From assembly GCA_041395665.1 (NCBI GenBank), contig JAWLAB010000004.1:42227-106226 (forward strand): a DNA stretch of 64,000 bases, given 5' to 3'. Source of the stretch: Pseudomonadales bacterium. Lineage in GTDB: Bacteria > Pseudomonadota > Gammaproteobacteria > Pseudomonadales > UBA7239. The notes under the pieces were generated by a model. It had not been told where the DNA came from, did not search any database, and saw only the letters and a program-made list of their open reading frames with translations. Below, one piece after another: positions 52,201 through 62,871 of the stretch (the stretch's first letter is position 1; the number at the start of each line of letters is the position of its first letter). A program made the position numbers and the translations under genes.

Positions 52201-54276
52201 TCAGCGTGCTTTTGCGCGAGCAGCATCAAAGCGCGCTTGCAACAATGCTTGCTCGTTAGCAGCGGCGGAACCGGTGCAGTGCCAGTCCACCAGCAATTGC
52301 TCCAATTGTTCGTGATGGCTATTGTTGGGCATGGCTTGTCCCAGACCTTGCTGTAATTTTTTTAGCTGGATTTCTCGGCGCTGTTGTTTGTCTTCGTCTG
52401 GCGTTTCAAGGTCGAGCAGAATCTCTAGCGCAATGCACAATTCTCGGCGGCGTTGCGCGTTAGCAGAAAAGTCTAATGGCGTGGATTGTTGTATAGCTGC
52501 CAATACTTGTTGTTTGCGCGCGTTAATGGCTTTGTCCCACTCCGCAGGAAGCGGATGTTGCTGCCAATCAGTTTCAAGTAAGGCGGTTGATTCGCTCGTT
52601 ATATGGCTTTCAATGCGTGTGCACAGCGCTGCTCTGCGTGCCAATTCATCGAGCTGTTTTTGATGTTGCCGTGCACTGATGCCGCGCAATTGTTGATGGT
52701 AGGCATCACAAGCAGTGAAAAACTGTTTCTTGATGGCTGTTTGCAATTTTTCTGGAATGTCTTTGATGGCTTTGAATTCATTTTGTAATTGTTCAAACGC
52801 TGCGGCGCTGTGTGTCAACTCTTCATCAGGCAGTTTTGCGAGTTGTGTAATGCGTTCACAGAGGCCTTTGGCCTGTGCGATGTTGCTGTCTTGTAGTTGG
52901 CGTGCTTGCTGTTGATTGTCGCGGCGTTTATCAAAAATCACCTTGCCGTATTCTTGTAGCGCTTGCCACAGTTTACGGTCTTCGTGGTGACGCGTGATGC
53001 CAATCTGTTTCCACTGTTCTTGGATTTGTTGAAAGCGCTCGATGGCTTTCTCAATGTCCACCATTTCTGTGACACTTTTCGCGGCATTGACCAGTTGTTG
53101 TTTTCGTGCTTCGTTCGCTGATTGCACATCCGCTAACGGTGTGTTGATAGCGGCGTAAGCTGCGTCAAAACGCGTACGGATGGGTTTTTCTTCGCTGCGT
53201 TCAACGGGATGGAAATCGTGAAACTCTTTGCGTGCTTTGTCGAGGATGCGCGCGACGGCTTTCCAGTCTGCTGTACTCCAATCCTGTGCTTGCGCAAATT
53301 GTTCTAACGCTTCGCAAATGATTTGTCGCTGCTGCAGGTTAAAAGCGCGCTGCTGACGCGTTTTTTCATAATGCTCGGCGCAGGGCTCCCATGCTTTGTC
53401 GCCAGCTTGTTTGAATCGTTCCCACAGTGCCTGTACTTCTGGTGTGTGTGGTGGTTTCATCGCGCGCCACTGCGCTTGTAAATCGCGCACGGCTTCCGCT
53501 GTTTCCAGTGGTTGCAGGGTGCTGGTGCAGAGTTTTTCCATCGCATCGCACAGCAATTCTAATTTCGGCATGGCGGCAAAAGCTTGCCAATCCTGCATCT
53601 CGTGTTGTTTGGATGAAATCTGTTTATGTTTATTTTGTTGTTTGTGTTTTTCGTGTTGTGATTTTTGTTCAGCTTGTAATAGTTTCTGCTGTTCCAGTGC
53701 TTGCGCTCGTTGCGCTTCTTCGGCGGCGCGCTGCTGCGCTTGCGCTTCGGCTTTTTGTTGTTTTGCTTCTGCCGCTTGTTTTTCAGCCAGCGCGGCCGCT
53801 ACTTGTTGTTGCTGAATATCCATCAAGATAGCTTGGCATTGAGCAATGGCGGTATTGACGCGTTGAGCAATCGAGGTGTTTTTTTCGGTAGTGTTTTCCC
53901 ATTGCAGGCTTAGGTGAGCCAGCTCGCTGTCAAACAACGGGTGATATTGCAGTTTTGCTAATGTTTCTAAGCGGCCGCACAGTTTTTCTTGTGCATCAAG
54001 GTTTTGTTGCTGTTGTTGTTCGGCAGCTTTGAGTGTGTTGAGACGATCGCGCAGCAGGCGATTGGTTTTTTTATCCAAACCGGCACTGTTTTTGAGTAGT
54101 TGCTGCAGATGATGGGTATCGGTAATTGCATCAACAGACGGTGCACCTATCAATGTTTGCAGTGAAGGTTTTTCTTTTTTTTCTTTGCGAACTTCGCCGG
54201 TGCTGATTGGGGGCGGCGGAGGTGTTGGCGCAGTGTTAACGGGCTTTTTGATCAAGCCGAATAATTTGCCGAGCAT
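52201..54276 (-). CDS. DUF349 domain-containing protein
   Basis: 691 aa. Repeated approx 75-aa units of the W..(R/K)F...D.(A/F) type (ALWERFKQAGDKAWEP, KLWQALQEYGKVIFDKR, AIKKQFFTACDAYHQQL). Pro-rich N-terminus and a Q/A/E-rich coiled-coil segment. Confidence 0.8.
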   Translation of the reverse strand: MLGKLFGLIKKPVNTAPTPPPPPISTGEVRKEKKEKPSLQTLIGAPSVDAITDTHHLQQLLKNSAGLDKKTNRLLRDRLNTLKAAEQQQQQNLDAQEKLCGRLETLAKLQYHPLFDSELAHLSLQWENTTEKNTSIAQRVNTAIAQCQAILMDIQQQQVAAALAEKQAAEAKQQKAEAQAQQRAAEEAQRAQALEQQKLLQAEQKSQHEKHKQQNKHKQISSKQHEMQDWQAFAAMPKLELLCDAMEKLCTSTLQPLETAEAVRDLQAQWRAMKPPHTPEVQALWERFKQAGDKAWEPCAEHYEKTRQQRAFNLQQRQIICEALEQFAQAQDWSTADWKAVARILDKARKEFHDFHPVERSEEKPIRTRFDAAYAAINTPLADVQSANEARKQQLVNAAKSVTEMVDIEKAIERFQQIQEQWKQIGITRHHEDRKLWQALQEYGKVIFDKRRDNQQQARQLQDSNIAQAKGLCERITQLAKLPDEELTHSAAAFEQLQNEFKAIKDIPEKLQTAIKKQFFTACDAYHQQLRGISARQHQKQLDELARRAALCTRIESHITSESTALLETDWQQHPLPAEWDKAINARKQQVLAAIQQSTPLDFSANAQRRRELCIALEILLDLETPDEDKQQRREIQLKKLQQGLGQAMPNNSHHEQLEQLLVDWHCTGSAAANEQALLQARFDAARAKAR

Positions 54277-54436
54277 GATTATGGTGTGCCTCGTGCGAGT
54301 AAAGGATAGTCAGCCCCGCATTGTAACGGTTGCCAAGGTGGCGGGGAGCTTTTTGCCGCAGTCAGCGCGGTGGTTTTGCTATGATGGATGGTCGGCAGGG
54401 TAGCCATCACGAATCGGCTTTTACAACGGAATTTCT

Positions 54437-56566
54437 GTGCTTAATCACGATACAAAACAAATCATCCAAAAAGCGTACTCCCGTTTTTTGGAGCAAAAAG
54501 GCTTGAAACCACGCGAAGGTCAAAAACTGATGATCGCGGCGGTGGCGCGCACGCTTGGCAACATCATGAGCGATAGCGAGGGCGTGCGGCTGGGCGAGAG
54601 CCATGTGTGCATGGTGGAGGCGGGTACAGGCACAGGTAAAACAGTGGCCTACGCGTTGGCGGCGATTCCTACGGCGCAGGCGCAGGACAAAAAACTGGTG
54701 ATTTCAACGGCCACGGTCGCGCTGCAAGAGCAGATTGTCTTAAAGGATTTGCCGGATTTACGCGCGCACAGTGGCTTGGTGTTTAATCATGTGTTGGCAA
54801 AAGGCCGAGGGCGCTACGCCTGCCTCTATAAATTGGATTTTTTGTTGGCGCATGGCAGTGAAAACGCGCAGAGTGTGACGCAAGCGTTGTATCCCGATGA
54901 ACGCGATGCGCTGCTGTCTGAAAACACGCTGCATGTTTATCAATCCATGTTGGAAGCCTTGGGCGCAGCGGAGTGGGATGGTGATCGCGATAACTGGCGA
55001 CAAGTGATTCAAGAAGAGGATTGGCAGCGATTAACCACGGACCATAATCAATGCACAGGTCGCCGCTGTGCTTATGTCACGCAATGCCCGTTTTTTCGCG
55101 CGCGCGAAAATTTGGTGGATGCGGATGTGATTGTCGCCAATCACGATTTAGTGCTCGCAGATCTCGCTTTGGGCGGCGGCGCAATTTTGCCCGCACCAGA
55201 GCAAACGATTTATGTGTTTGATGAAGGGCATCACTTACCCGATAAAGCACTGCAACATTTTTCCGCACATGTGCGTGTACAAAGCAGTGTGCGTTGGTTG
55301 CAAACCACCACCAAAACATTGGCAGTATTGGCGCAAACTTTCAGCGGTGTGCAGGCTGTTCAATCGGCGATAACGCCGTGGTCTGCAGTAGAACAATTAT
55401 TGCTGCAAGTGCATCAACAAGTGTTGCCGATGTTGGAATTATTGTTAGCAAACAATATGGCTGATCGCGATAAAAAGTATGTTTTTCGCCACGGTATTGT
55501 TCCGCCTGAACTGCGTGCTATGGCACAAAGTCTGTTGGCGTGTTGGCAAAAAGCGGGGGCGGTTTTGCAAAAAATTGCTGCTGTTGTTGAAGGCATGTTG
55601 GATAGCCGTTCACCCGATATAGCGCTAGAAGTGGTGGAACAGGCACATGCAGCTGTTGGTGGTTTATGGCAGCGTTGCGTGCATGCAGAAACTTTATGGC
55701 GTTTGTTTGCGCGTGAAGATGATGAAGGAGCGGCGCCCACCGCGCGCTGGTTGACAGCGTATGAAGTGGGCAATGGTTTTGATTTTGAAGTGTGCGCCAG
55801 CCCTGTGCTGCCAACGGTGCAGTTGCAAAATAACTTGTGGGAACGCTGTTTTGCGGCGGTGATCACTTCTGCCACGCTAACTGCATTGGGTAAGTTTGAT
55901 CGGTTGCGAGAGCGTTCAGGTGTGCCTTCGGCAAGCGCGGGTTCTGTTGTGCCCAGTCCGTTTTTTTATCAGCAATCCGCGCAATTAATCGTGCCTACCA
56001 ATGCGGTGGAAGGCAATCAAGTGGAGCAGCACACGCAATCAGTGATTGATTTTTTGCAGGGTGATGTGGATGTGACCGAAGCGACGCTAGTATTGTTTGC
56101 TTCGCGCCGTCAAATGCTGGATGTGTATCAATCCTTATCACTGGAAATTCGCGAACAAATTTTGCTGCAAGATAACTACAGCAAACAGCAGTTATTGCAA
56201 TTACATCGCGCACGCATCGATCAAAAACAGGGCAGTATTATTTTCGGCTTGGCAAGTTTTTCTGAGGGCGTTGATTTGCCCGGTGATTATTTGCGACATG
56301 TGGTGATTGCTAAAATTCCTTTTGCGCCGCCAGATGATCCGGTAGAGCAAACACTATCCGATTGGATTGAATCAAAAGGTGGCAATGCTTTTATGCAAAT
56401 CAGTGTGGCGGATGCCAGTTTGCGTTTAGTGCAGGCAGCGGGGCGCTTGTTGCGCACAGAAAAAGACACAGGGCGCGTGACGATTTTGGATCGTCGTTTG
56501 GTGACAAAACGCTACGGAAAATTACTGCTCGACAGCTTGCCGCCGTTTCAACGCGTACTGTATTAA
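54437..56566 (+). CDS. dinG: ATP-dependent DNA helicase DinG
   Basis: 709 aa. Walker A EAGTGTGKT, DEGHHL box, Cys cluster (C..C..C..C around CTGRRCAYVTQCPF), and C-terminal helicase motifs GRLLRTEKDTGRVTILD. GTG start. Confidence 0.88.
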   Translation: MLNHDTKQIIQKAYSRFLEQKGLKPREGQKLMIAAVARTLGNIMSDSEGVRLGESHVCMVEAGTGTGKTVAYALAAIPTAQAQDKKLVISTATVALQEQIVLKDLPDLRAHSGLVFNHVLAKGRGRYACLYKLDFLLAHGSENAQSVTQALYPDERDALLSENTLHVYQSMLEALGAAEWDGDRDNWRQVIQEEDWQRLTTDHNQCTGRRCAYVTQCPFFRARENLVDADVIVANHDLVLADLALGGGAILPAPEQTIYVFDEGHHLPDKALQHFSAHVRVQSSVRWLQTTTKTLAVLAQTFSGVQAVQSAITPWSAVEQLLLQVHQQVLPMLELLLANNMADRDKKYVFRHGIVPPELRAMAQSLLACWQKAGAVLQKIAAVVEGMLDSRSPDIALEVVEQAHAAVGGLWQRCVHAETLWRLFAREDDEGAAPTARWLTAYEVGNGFDFEVCASPVLPTVQLQNNLWERCFAAVITSATLTALGKFDRLRERSGVPSASAGSVVPSPFFYQQSAQLIVPTNAVEGNQVEQHTQSVIDFLQGDVDVTEATLVLFASRRQMLDVYQSLSLEIREQILLQDNYSKQQLLQLHRARIDQKQGSIIFGLASFSEGVDLPGDYLRHVVIAKIPFAPPDDPVEQTLSDWIESKGGNAFMQISVADASLRLVQAAGRLLRTEKDTGRVTILDRRLVTKRYGKLLLDSLPPFQRVLY

Positions 56567-56567
56567 A

Positions 56568-57020
56568 TCAATGAACCGTCGATTTGAACGGTGCGTACTG
56601 TTGCAGTGCGCTCACTTCTTGTACGCCGGCAATTTCTTCGGGTTTATCGCCACGAATATTTAAGGCATACGCCATTTTGTGAGCGATAGCGGCAGCTTTC
56701 CATTTCATTAATTCTGCATTGGAACCCGCGTACAAACGATCGATAGTGCTTTGCAGAATAAATACCCAACGGTGGAAATGGTCTTCTGTCATGCTGGACT
56801 TGTTGTGCAGTTGTAAATGCACATTAAAGACATCGGCGCGATAGCCTTTGTCGCCCAACACTTGGAACGCCCAGAAATGCGCCACTTTGGGGATGTGTTC
56901 GGCTAAATCGAGTTGCACTACATCGGTAAAAAAATAACCGATGATGGGGTCAGTCATGAGCTGTTCGTAGAATACGGTCACGATATTGAGCATATCGTCG
57001 CGGGTTTGGATGTCTCGCAT
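56568..57020 (-). CDS. Group III truncated haemoglobin-like protein
   Basis: About 150 aa. IVTVFYEQLMTDPIIGYFF...HFHRWVFIL pattern of the globin-like group III trHb family. Start taken at MRDIQ (57020). Confidence 0.65.
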   Translation of the reverse strand: MRDIQTRDDMLNIVTVFYEQLMTDPIIGYFFTDVVQLDLAEHIPKVAHFWAFQVLGDKGYRADVFNVHLQLHNKSSMTEDHFHRWVFILQSTIDRLYAGSNAELMKWKAAAIAHKMAYALNIRGDKPEEIAGVQEVSALQQYAPFKSTVH

Positions 57021-57131
57021 GTGAAGCCTCCGCATAATGTTTTGCTACGGCTCCATTGTAGTGCGAATGGCGTACACCTGCGCGGTGAGAGCTGCGTTAG
57101 AATGCCTCTTTTGTGCGGGAAAATTGTTGCA

Positions 57132-58367
57132 GTGAATGCGCTCTCTTGGATGGTCGGTCTACGCTATTTGTCAGCGCGCAAAGGCAGTCGCTTTGTCTCC
57201 TTATTTTCCTTTTTTTCCGTCGCGGGCATGATGGTCAGCGTGCTGGCGATGGTGCTGGTGATGTCAATCATGAATGGCTTTGAAGGTGAAGTGCGCAATC
57301 GCATTTTGCACGCTGTTCCCCACGCGCAAATTATTTCGCCACGCGGCATAGAAAATTGGCAATCGCTGCTGCCTGTGTTGCAACGCTCTGGTGTGGTGTT
57401 AGCGGCTGCGCCGCAAGATCGTGCGCGCGTATTGCTGGAATCGGATGCGCGTATTCACGGCGGTGATATGTTTGGTGTTGATCCGCAGCAAGAACAAAAA
57501 GTGTCGCAAATCGATCAGTCCATGGTGGATGGGCAATGGGCGGCATTAAAGTCGGGTACATACGGTGTGGTGTTGGGTAGTGGATTGGCGCGTCAGTTGC
57601 GTGCCAAAGTGGGTGACAGCATCAACATCATGCTGCCGCAAGTGAGCGTGACACCTTTAGGGCTTTTTCCGCGCAGCCGTCGCTTTACCGTGGTGGGAAT
57701 TTTTTCTGTTGGTGCACAAATTGATGCCACGCAGTTGTACATCCATATTGATGACGCCGGCCGCTTGTTGCGCACGGGTGGCAAAGTGGACGCGTTGCGT
57801 TTTCGTTTTGATGATGTGATGCACGCGCCAGAGCAATTAAAAAAATTGGAGGTAATGCCTGAGTTGTCTGGCTTTGTGATGAAAAGCTGGCGCGATGAAA
57901 ACAGCACGCTGTTTAACGCGATACACATGGAAAAAATCATGGTGTCGTTGATGTTGTCTGTCATTGTGGTGGTTGCAGTTTTTAATTTGGTGTCCATCTT
58001 GACGATGGCGGTGGCCGATCGTCGCAAAGATATTGCTGTGTTGCGTACGATTGGCGCGTCGCGACAAACCGTGTTGTCAATTTTTATCATTTATGGCATG
58101 AGCATGGGTGTGGTGGGTATTGGTGTGGGCGCGCTGCTGGGTAGTGTGCTGGCGCAGCATGTGACTGACATCACCGCTGCTCTTGAGCGATGGGCGGCGG
58201 CTATTGATCCCCACGCGCAGTTGTCGATCTATTTGCCGAGCGAATGGTATATCAGCCAAACCTTGTGGGTGACGGCAATGTCATCCGTGTTGTGCTTGGC
58301 GGCTGTTTTTTATCCTGCGTGGCGTGCATCCACCATCCATCCTGCTGAAGCATTGCGTTACGAGTAA
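57132..58367 (+). CDS. lolC: Lipoprotein-releasing system permease LolC
   Basis: VNALSWMVGLRYLSARKGSRFVSLFSFFSVAGMMVSVLAMVLVMSIMNGFEGEVRNRIL aligns with the E. coli LolC N-terminus. C-terminus ...YPAWRASTIHPAEALRYE. The 56913 track start is an artefact. Confidence 0.9.
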   Translation: MNALSWMVGLRYLSARKGSRFVSLFSFFSVAGMMVSVLAMVLVMSIMNGFEGEVRNRILHAVPHAQIISPRGIENWQSLLPVLQRSGVVLAAAPQDRARVLLESDARIHGGDMFGVDPQQEQKVSQIDQSMVDGQWAALKSGTYGVVLGSGLARQLRAKVGDSINIMLPQVSVTPLGLFPRSRRFTVVGIFSVGAQIDATQLYIHIDDAGRLLRTGGKVDALRFRFDDVMHAPEQLKKLEVMPELSGFVMKSWRDENSTLFNAIHMEKIMVSLMLSVIVVVAVFNLVSILTMAVADRRKDIAVLRTIGASRQTVLSIFIIYGMSMGVVGIGVGALLGSVLAQHVTDITAALERWAAAIDPHAQLSIYLPSEWYISQTLWVTAMSSVLCLAAVFYPAWRASTIHPAEALRYE

Positions 58368-58374
58368 TAAAAAA

Positions 58375-59064
58375 ATGAGCAAAAAAAATACGGTATTGGA
58401 ATGTCGCAAGCTGACGAAAACTTATCGTCAGGGTGATCAAGATTTGCTGGTGTTGAACCAAATTGATTTGTTGGTACAACAAAGTGAGCGATTGGCGATT
58501 GTCGGTTCATCAGGCTCGGGCAAATCAACACTGTTAAATTTATTGGGCGGGTTGGATGAAGCGCAAGCGGGCGAAGTATTGATTGCAGGAAAAAGTTGGC
58601 AAGCCATGCAAGAAAAAGAGCGCGCCGCGTGGCGCAATCAACAGTTGGGTTTTGTTTATCAGTTCCATCATTTATTGGCGGAGTTTACTGCGCTGGAAAA
58701 TGCCAGCATTCCTTTGTTGATTGCTGGAAAAACGAAAGCGGAAGCAAAACAACAAGCGACGACGATGCTAGAAGCAGTGGGCTTGGGTGCACGGTTATCG
58801 CACAAACCGGCACAGTTATCGGGTGGTGAACGACAACGCGTTGCCATTGCGCGCGCATTGGTAAATAAACCTGCGTGTGTGTTGATGGATGAGCCAACAG
58901 GTAACTTAGATGCCGACAATGCGCAACACGTGCAGCAGTTATTGAATACGCTCAATCGTGAATACGGTTTGGCATTTATTTTGGTTACGCATGATCGTAC
59001 TTTGGCAGCGCAACAAGATCGCTGCTTGGTGTTAGATCACGGTCATTTGCGAGTGCAGACCTGA
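58375..59064 (+). CDS. lolD: Lipoprotein-releasing system ATP-binding protein LolD
   Basis: Walker A GSSGSGKST, ABC signature LSGGERQRVAIARAL, and Walker B VLMDEPTGNLD. Confidence 0.94.
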   Translation: MSKKNTVLECRKLTKTYRQGDQDLLVLNQIDLLVQQSERLAIVGSSGSGKSTLLNLLGGLDEAQAGEVLIAGKSWQAMQEKERAAWRNQQLGFVYQFHHLLAEFTALENASIPLLIAGKTKAEAKQQATTMLEAVGLGARLSHKPAQLSGGERQRVAIARALVNKPACVLMDEPTGNLDADNAQHVQQLLNTLNREYGLAFILVTHDRTLAAQQDRCLVLDHGHLRVQT

Positions 59065-60290
59065 TGCTGGTACGTTTTGTTGCATGGCGTTATGCGCAAG
59101 CGCGCAGTGGCTCGGCGCTGCTGGGATTTATCTCGCGTTTGTCGATGGCGGGTTTGGTGGTTGCTGTCGCGTTATTGATTACTGTGTTGGCGGTAATGAA
59201 TGGTTTTGAACATGAATTGCGCACGCGTATTTTGCGCGTTGTGCCTGCGATTACTTTGTATCCAGAAGAAAATGAAATTACAGATTGGAAAGCGGTGGCT
59301 CAGCAGGTGTTGCGCAATCCGCATGTGCTGGCGGCTAGTCCGTTGATTGAAGCGCAAGGCTTGATGGTGATGGGTTCAGCAGCAGAGCCAGTGCTGTTGT
59401 TTGCAACCGATCCTGCAGCGGAATCCAATCTGTCACATTTTGAATCCTTTACCGATAAAAAATCGTGGGATGCGTGGTTAGCCAATCCGCAATCAGTTTT
59501 GATCAGTAAAAAGCTGGCAAAAAAATTGGGTATTACTGCGGGTAATACGGTGGTGGCGATGTTGCCAGGCGTGAGCGGTGATAAATCTGCACCGGGGATT
59601 GTCAGTTTGTCTGTTGCTGGTTTGTATGAAACGGGAACGGAAGTTGATAACCATTTAGTGCTAGCGCAGTTGCCTTTGCTGCAAGCGCAGTACGGCATTC
59701 AAGGTGTGGCGGCGATTCGTTTTTCTGTCGACAACTGGTTGCAAGCGGATGCAATTGCTTGGTCTTTGGTGCAACAGTTGCCGCCGCATTATTCGATGAA
59801 AACTTGGTTTCAAACGCACGGTAATCTTTACGAAGCGATTCGGATGTCGCGCCAATTAGTGATGTTGATGTTGGTCATCATTATTGTGATTGCTGCATTC
59901 AATGTGGTGTGCTCATTGGTGTTGGTGGTGGCAGACAAGCGTGGTGATATTGCTATTTTGCGTGCGATGGGTGTGCCGAATACACACATCATGCGTATTT
60001 TTATGCTGCACGGTTTGTTGATTGGCACGCTGGGAACTTTGATTGGCGCAGTGGTTGGTTGCGCACTGGCATTGGCAATGCCGTCAGTTGCGCAGGGATT
60101 GCAAAATATTCTTGGTGTGCAGTTGCTTAGTACAGATGTTTATCCGGTCAATTATTTGCCTTCGGATTTGCGCGCATTGGATGTCAGTGTTGTCGTTGTG
60201 ATCGCGCTAATAATCAGCGCAGTGGCGAGTATTTACCCCGCTTGGCGTGCCACTTGCTTACAGCCAGCGGATATTTTGCGGCATGAGTGA
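59064..60290 (+). CDS. lolE: Lipoprotein-releasing system permease LolE
   Basis: 408-aa FtsX-like permease paralogous to lolC. ATG overlaps the lolD stop (TGATG). C-terminus YPAWRATCLQPADILRHE. Confidence 0.9.
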   Translation: MLVRFVAWRYAQARSGSALLGFISRLSMAGLVVAVALLITVLAVMNGFEHELRTRILRVVPAITLYPEENEITDWKAVAQQVLRNPHVLAASPLIEAQGLMVMGSAAEPVLLFATDPAAESNLSHFESFTDKKSWDAWLANPQSVLISKKLAKKLGITAGNTVVAMLPGVSGDKSAPGIVSLSVAGLYETGTEVDNHLVLAQLPLLQAQYGIQGVAAIRFSVDNWLQADAIAWSLVQQLPPHYSMKTWFQTHGNLYEAIRMSRQLVMLMLVIIIVIAAFNVVCSLVLVVADKRGDIAILRAMGVPNTHIMRIFMLHGLLIGTLGTLIGAVVGCALALAMPSVAQGLQNILGVQLLSTDVYPVNYLPSDLRALDVSVVVVIALIISAVASIYPAWRATCLQPADILRHE

Positions 60291-60302
60291 GCGATCGAAC
60301 AA

Positions 60303-61001
60303 TTAGTCTTCGTCTTGCTTGAAGTAAGTAATTTCTAACGAATACGCCGTGCTACCTTTTTTCTCTTGATGCACCAATTTGGCAATGGCGTAATGCAGTG
60401 AAGGCGCAAACCAAAATTGTGTATGGCGCGGACTGCTAGGCTTGCGTAGCCGTTCTACGACAACAGTATCTAATTTTCCCAATGCAGTTTTGATGGTTTC
60501 CTTGCCGGTTACACGAAAGCAGAATAACTCCGCACCATCTTCACTCACTACATCGTAGCAAGGTTCGTTATAGCCACGCGCTAAATCATCAGCGAGCGCC
60601 AAGATATAAGTGCCGTTATCTAGCTCGCCACCTTTGAGTGGCACTTTGAACAGCTTGTTGCCTTTACTACCAGCGGCAATCTTTTTTTTCTGGTTGTAAG
60701 TGATTTCAGTTTCTCGGTTTTGTCCTAACACGCTGCGACGATAAATATAGTGTTTGGGTGTGATGCCTTTGTCGTTGTAAGCAAAGGTTGAGTTTTCTTC
60801 AATTTGACCAAAAAAACCGCTGGCAATGCTGGAAAAATGCCAATCATCTCCCGATTGCTCTAAGCGATGCGTCGCTTGCAGTGGAAAGTTTTTGTACATC
60901 GCCTGATAGATGGCGGTGTACGGTGTGTGTTGGATGGTAGTTTCACTGGCGGCGGAAAATGAGAACACACTCAGGGCGACAATGGCGAGGATGCGTTTCA
61001 T
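60303..61001 (-). CDS. DUF3108 domain-containing periplasmic protein
   Basis: Signal peptide MKRILAIVALSVFSFSAAS. Beta-rich body. Start overlaps the purN stop (ATGA). The purM-purN-DUF3108 arrangement is common in pseudomonad-type genomes (from memory). Confidence 0.7.
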   Translation of the reverse strand: MKRILAIVALSVFSFSAASETTIQHTPYTAIYQAMYKNFPLQATHRLEQSGDDWHFSSIASGFFGQIEENSTFAYNDKGITPKHYIYRRSVLGQNRETEITYNQKKKIAAGSKGNKLFKVPLKGGELDNGTYILALADDLARGYNEPCYDVVSEDGAELFCFRVTGKETIKTALGKLDTVVVERLRKPSSPRHTQFWFAPSLHYAIAKLVHQEKKGSTAYSLEITYFKQDED

Positions 61002-61648
61002 AGTGGTGCTCCAGTAAGAGGCAGTGTGACACCGTCTAGTATGGCGTGGTGTTCGTTGCAATGTAAGCGTTCTTCACAAAACCAACGCACGGCTTGTGGA
61101 TAGATAATGTGTTCTTGCTGTAGTACGCGTTGTGCCAGTGTGTCGGTGGTGTCATCAGGCATGATAGCAACACGCGCTTGAATAATGATGGGGCCGCCGT
61201 CCAATTCGGTAGAAACAAAATGCACCGTTGCGCCAGCTTCAGTGTCTTTTGCATCAATGGCGCGTTGATGTGTGTGCAAGCCTGGATATTTCGGCAACAG
61301 CGAGGGGTGAATATTCATCAACTTACCGTACAACGGCGCGACAAAAATCGGCGTGAGGATGCGCATAAAACCCGCGAGAATTACTAAGTCAGGTTTGTAT
61401 TGCTGGACGGCAGACAATAACGCTCGATCGTAGTCTTCTCGTGTTGCAAAATCTTTGTGCGGTAGCACTTGTGTGGCGATGCCTGCTGCTTGTGCGCGTT
61501 GTAAGCCGTAAACATCTGCTATGTTGCTGATGACGCAGGCAATACGCGCAGGTAATGTATTTTGTGCAACGGTATCAATAAACGCTTGTAGATTGCTGCC
61601 GCTGCCAGAAATCAGAACAACCAGATTTTTTTTTCTTGGGATGCTCAT
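60998..61648 (-). CDS. purN: Phosphoribosylglycinamide formyltransferase
   Basis: VVLISGSGSNLQAFID, NIHPSLLPKYPGLHTH and GATVHFVSTELDGGPII motifs. Confidence 0.95.
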   Translation of the reverse strand: MSIPRKKNLVVLISGSGSNLQAFIDTVAQNTLPARIACVISNIADVYGLQRAQAAGIATQVLPHKDFATREDYDRALLSAVQQYKPDLVILAGFMRILTPIFVAPLYGKLMNIHPSLLPKYPGLHTHQRAIDAKDTEAGATVHFVSTELDGGPIIIQARVAIMPDDTTDTLAQRVLQQEHIIYPQAVRWFCEERLHCNEHHAILDGVTLPLTGAPL

Positions 61649-61678
61649 TGCGAAAAAAATAACTGGATGGCGTGATGA

Positions 61679-62740
61679 TTATTTGGCATCGAAGACAACA
61701 TGCGGCTCGGCATCGTGCGCGCTTTTTTCTATCGTGCCAATCACGAATGCCTGTTCGTGGCAGTCGTGCAATACGGCGAGCGTGTTGTCCACATCGGCTT
61801 GCGGCACACAAATCACCATGCCGACACCGCAGTTAAATGTGCGATACATTTCCAGTGGATTGACATTGCCTTGTGCTTGCAGCCAATCAAACAGTGGCCC
61901 CATTTTCCATGCGCTGGTGTTGATGTTGGCGCGTGAACCTTGTGGCAAAACGCGTGGTAAATTTTCAGTCAAGCCGCCACCGGTAATGTGCGCAATGGCA
62001 CGCACATCGACGGCGCGAATCAAACGCAAAATGGTTTTTACATAGATTCGTGTTGGCTCCATCAACCAGTCTGCCAACGGTTTGCCTGACAATATTTCGG
62101 TTGCCGGATTGACACCAGAAACAGAAATAATTTTGCGGATGAGGGAGTAGCCGTTCGAGTGCGCGCCGGATGAAGCAATACCGATTAAAGCATCGCCCAC
62201 ATGCACGCGTGAGCCGTCGATGATTTCATTTTTTTCCACCGCGCCGACACAAAAGCCGGCCATGTCGTAGTCATCGCCTTCATACATGCCGGGCATTTCT
62301 GCAGTTTCACCGCCGACCAATGCGCAGCCTGCCTGCTCGCAGCCCGCGCCGATACCGGTGATGACGCTCGCTGCAACATCGATATCCAATTTGCCCGTGG
62401 CGTAGTAATCGAGAAAGAACAGCGGTTCTGCGCCGCACACCACCAAGTCGTTGACGCACATCGCCACCAAATCAATGCCGACGGTGTCGTGTTTTTTGAG
62501 ATCGATCGCCAAACGCAATTTCGTGCCGACGCCATCGGTGCCGGAAACGAGTACGGGTTGTCTGTAGTGGCTGGGGATTTCGAACAGTGCGCCGAAGCCA
62601 CCCAGTCCGCCCATCACGCCAGGGCGGCGCGTTTTTTTGGCGACATGCTTGATGCGCTCGACCAACGCAGTGCCAGCATCAATATCAACGCCAGAATCTT
62701 TGTAGCTGAGAGAAGGCTTGTTGGAGGAGGATTCGGTCAT
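61679..62740 (-). CDS. purM: Phosphoribosylformylglycinamidine cyclo-ligase (AIR synthetase)
   Basis: [20 protein letters not shown] and DGVGTKL motifs. Start taken at MTESSS (62740) rather than 62782. Confidence 0.95.
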   Translation of the reverse strand: MTESSSNKPSLSYKDSGVDIDAGTALVERIKHVAKKTRRPGVMGGLGGFGALFEIPSHYRQPVLVSGTDGVGTKLRLAIDLKKHDTVGIDLVAMCVNDLVVCGAEPLFFLDYYATGKLDIDVAASVITGIGAGCEQAGCALVGGETAEMPGMYEGDDYDMAGFCVGAVEKNEIIDGSRVHVGDALIGIASSGAHSNGYSLIRKIISVSGVNPATEILSGKPLADWLMEPTRIYVKTILRLIRAVDVRAIAHITGGGLTENLPRVLPQGSRANINTSAWKMGPLFDWLQAQGNVNPLEMYRTFNCGVGMVICVPQADVDNTLAVLHDCHEQAFVIGTIEKSAHDAEPHVVFDAK

Positions 62741-62871
62741 GGGGCAAAGCGCCTGTGTCGAGCGATAAATCGGGACGCGCATTGTAGCAGTCTGCGCTCA
62801 GGCTGGGGCAGCGAAAGAGGGAGGCTGTGGTAGACTGCGCCGCCACAGAAAAACCCGCTGGAGTAGCCGCT

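Noticed and set aside
53600-53830. Low-complexity Q/A/E/K-rich stretch in the DUF349 gene, and plus-strand ORFs 53396-53815 and 53427-53831
   Set aside because: The stretch is compositionally biased coiled-coil coding sequence of the minus-strand gene. The plus-strand ORFs are Cys/Ser-rich shadows of that repeat, not independent genes.
62741-62871. Possible FMN riboswitch or attenuator in the purM-ribH divergent spacer (hairpin CTGTGG...CCACAG followed by A-run)
   Set aside because: The spacer is too short and lacks the conserved FMN-element core sequences as I remember them. The hairpin is followed by As, not Us, on the ribH strand, so it is not a terminator or attenuator.
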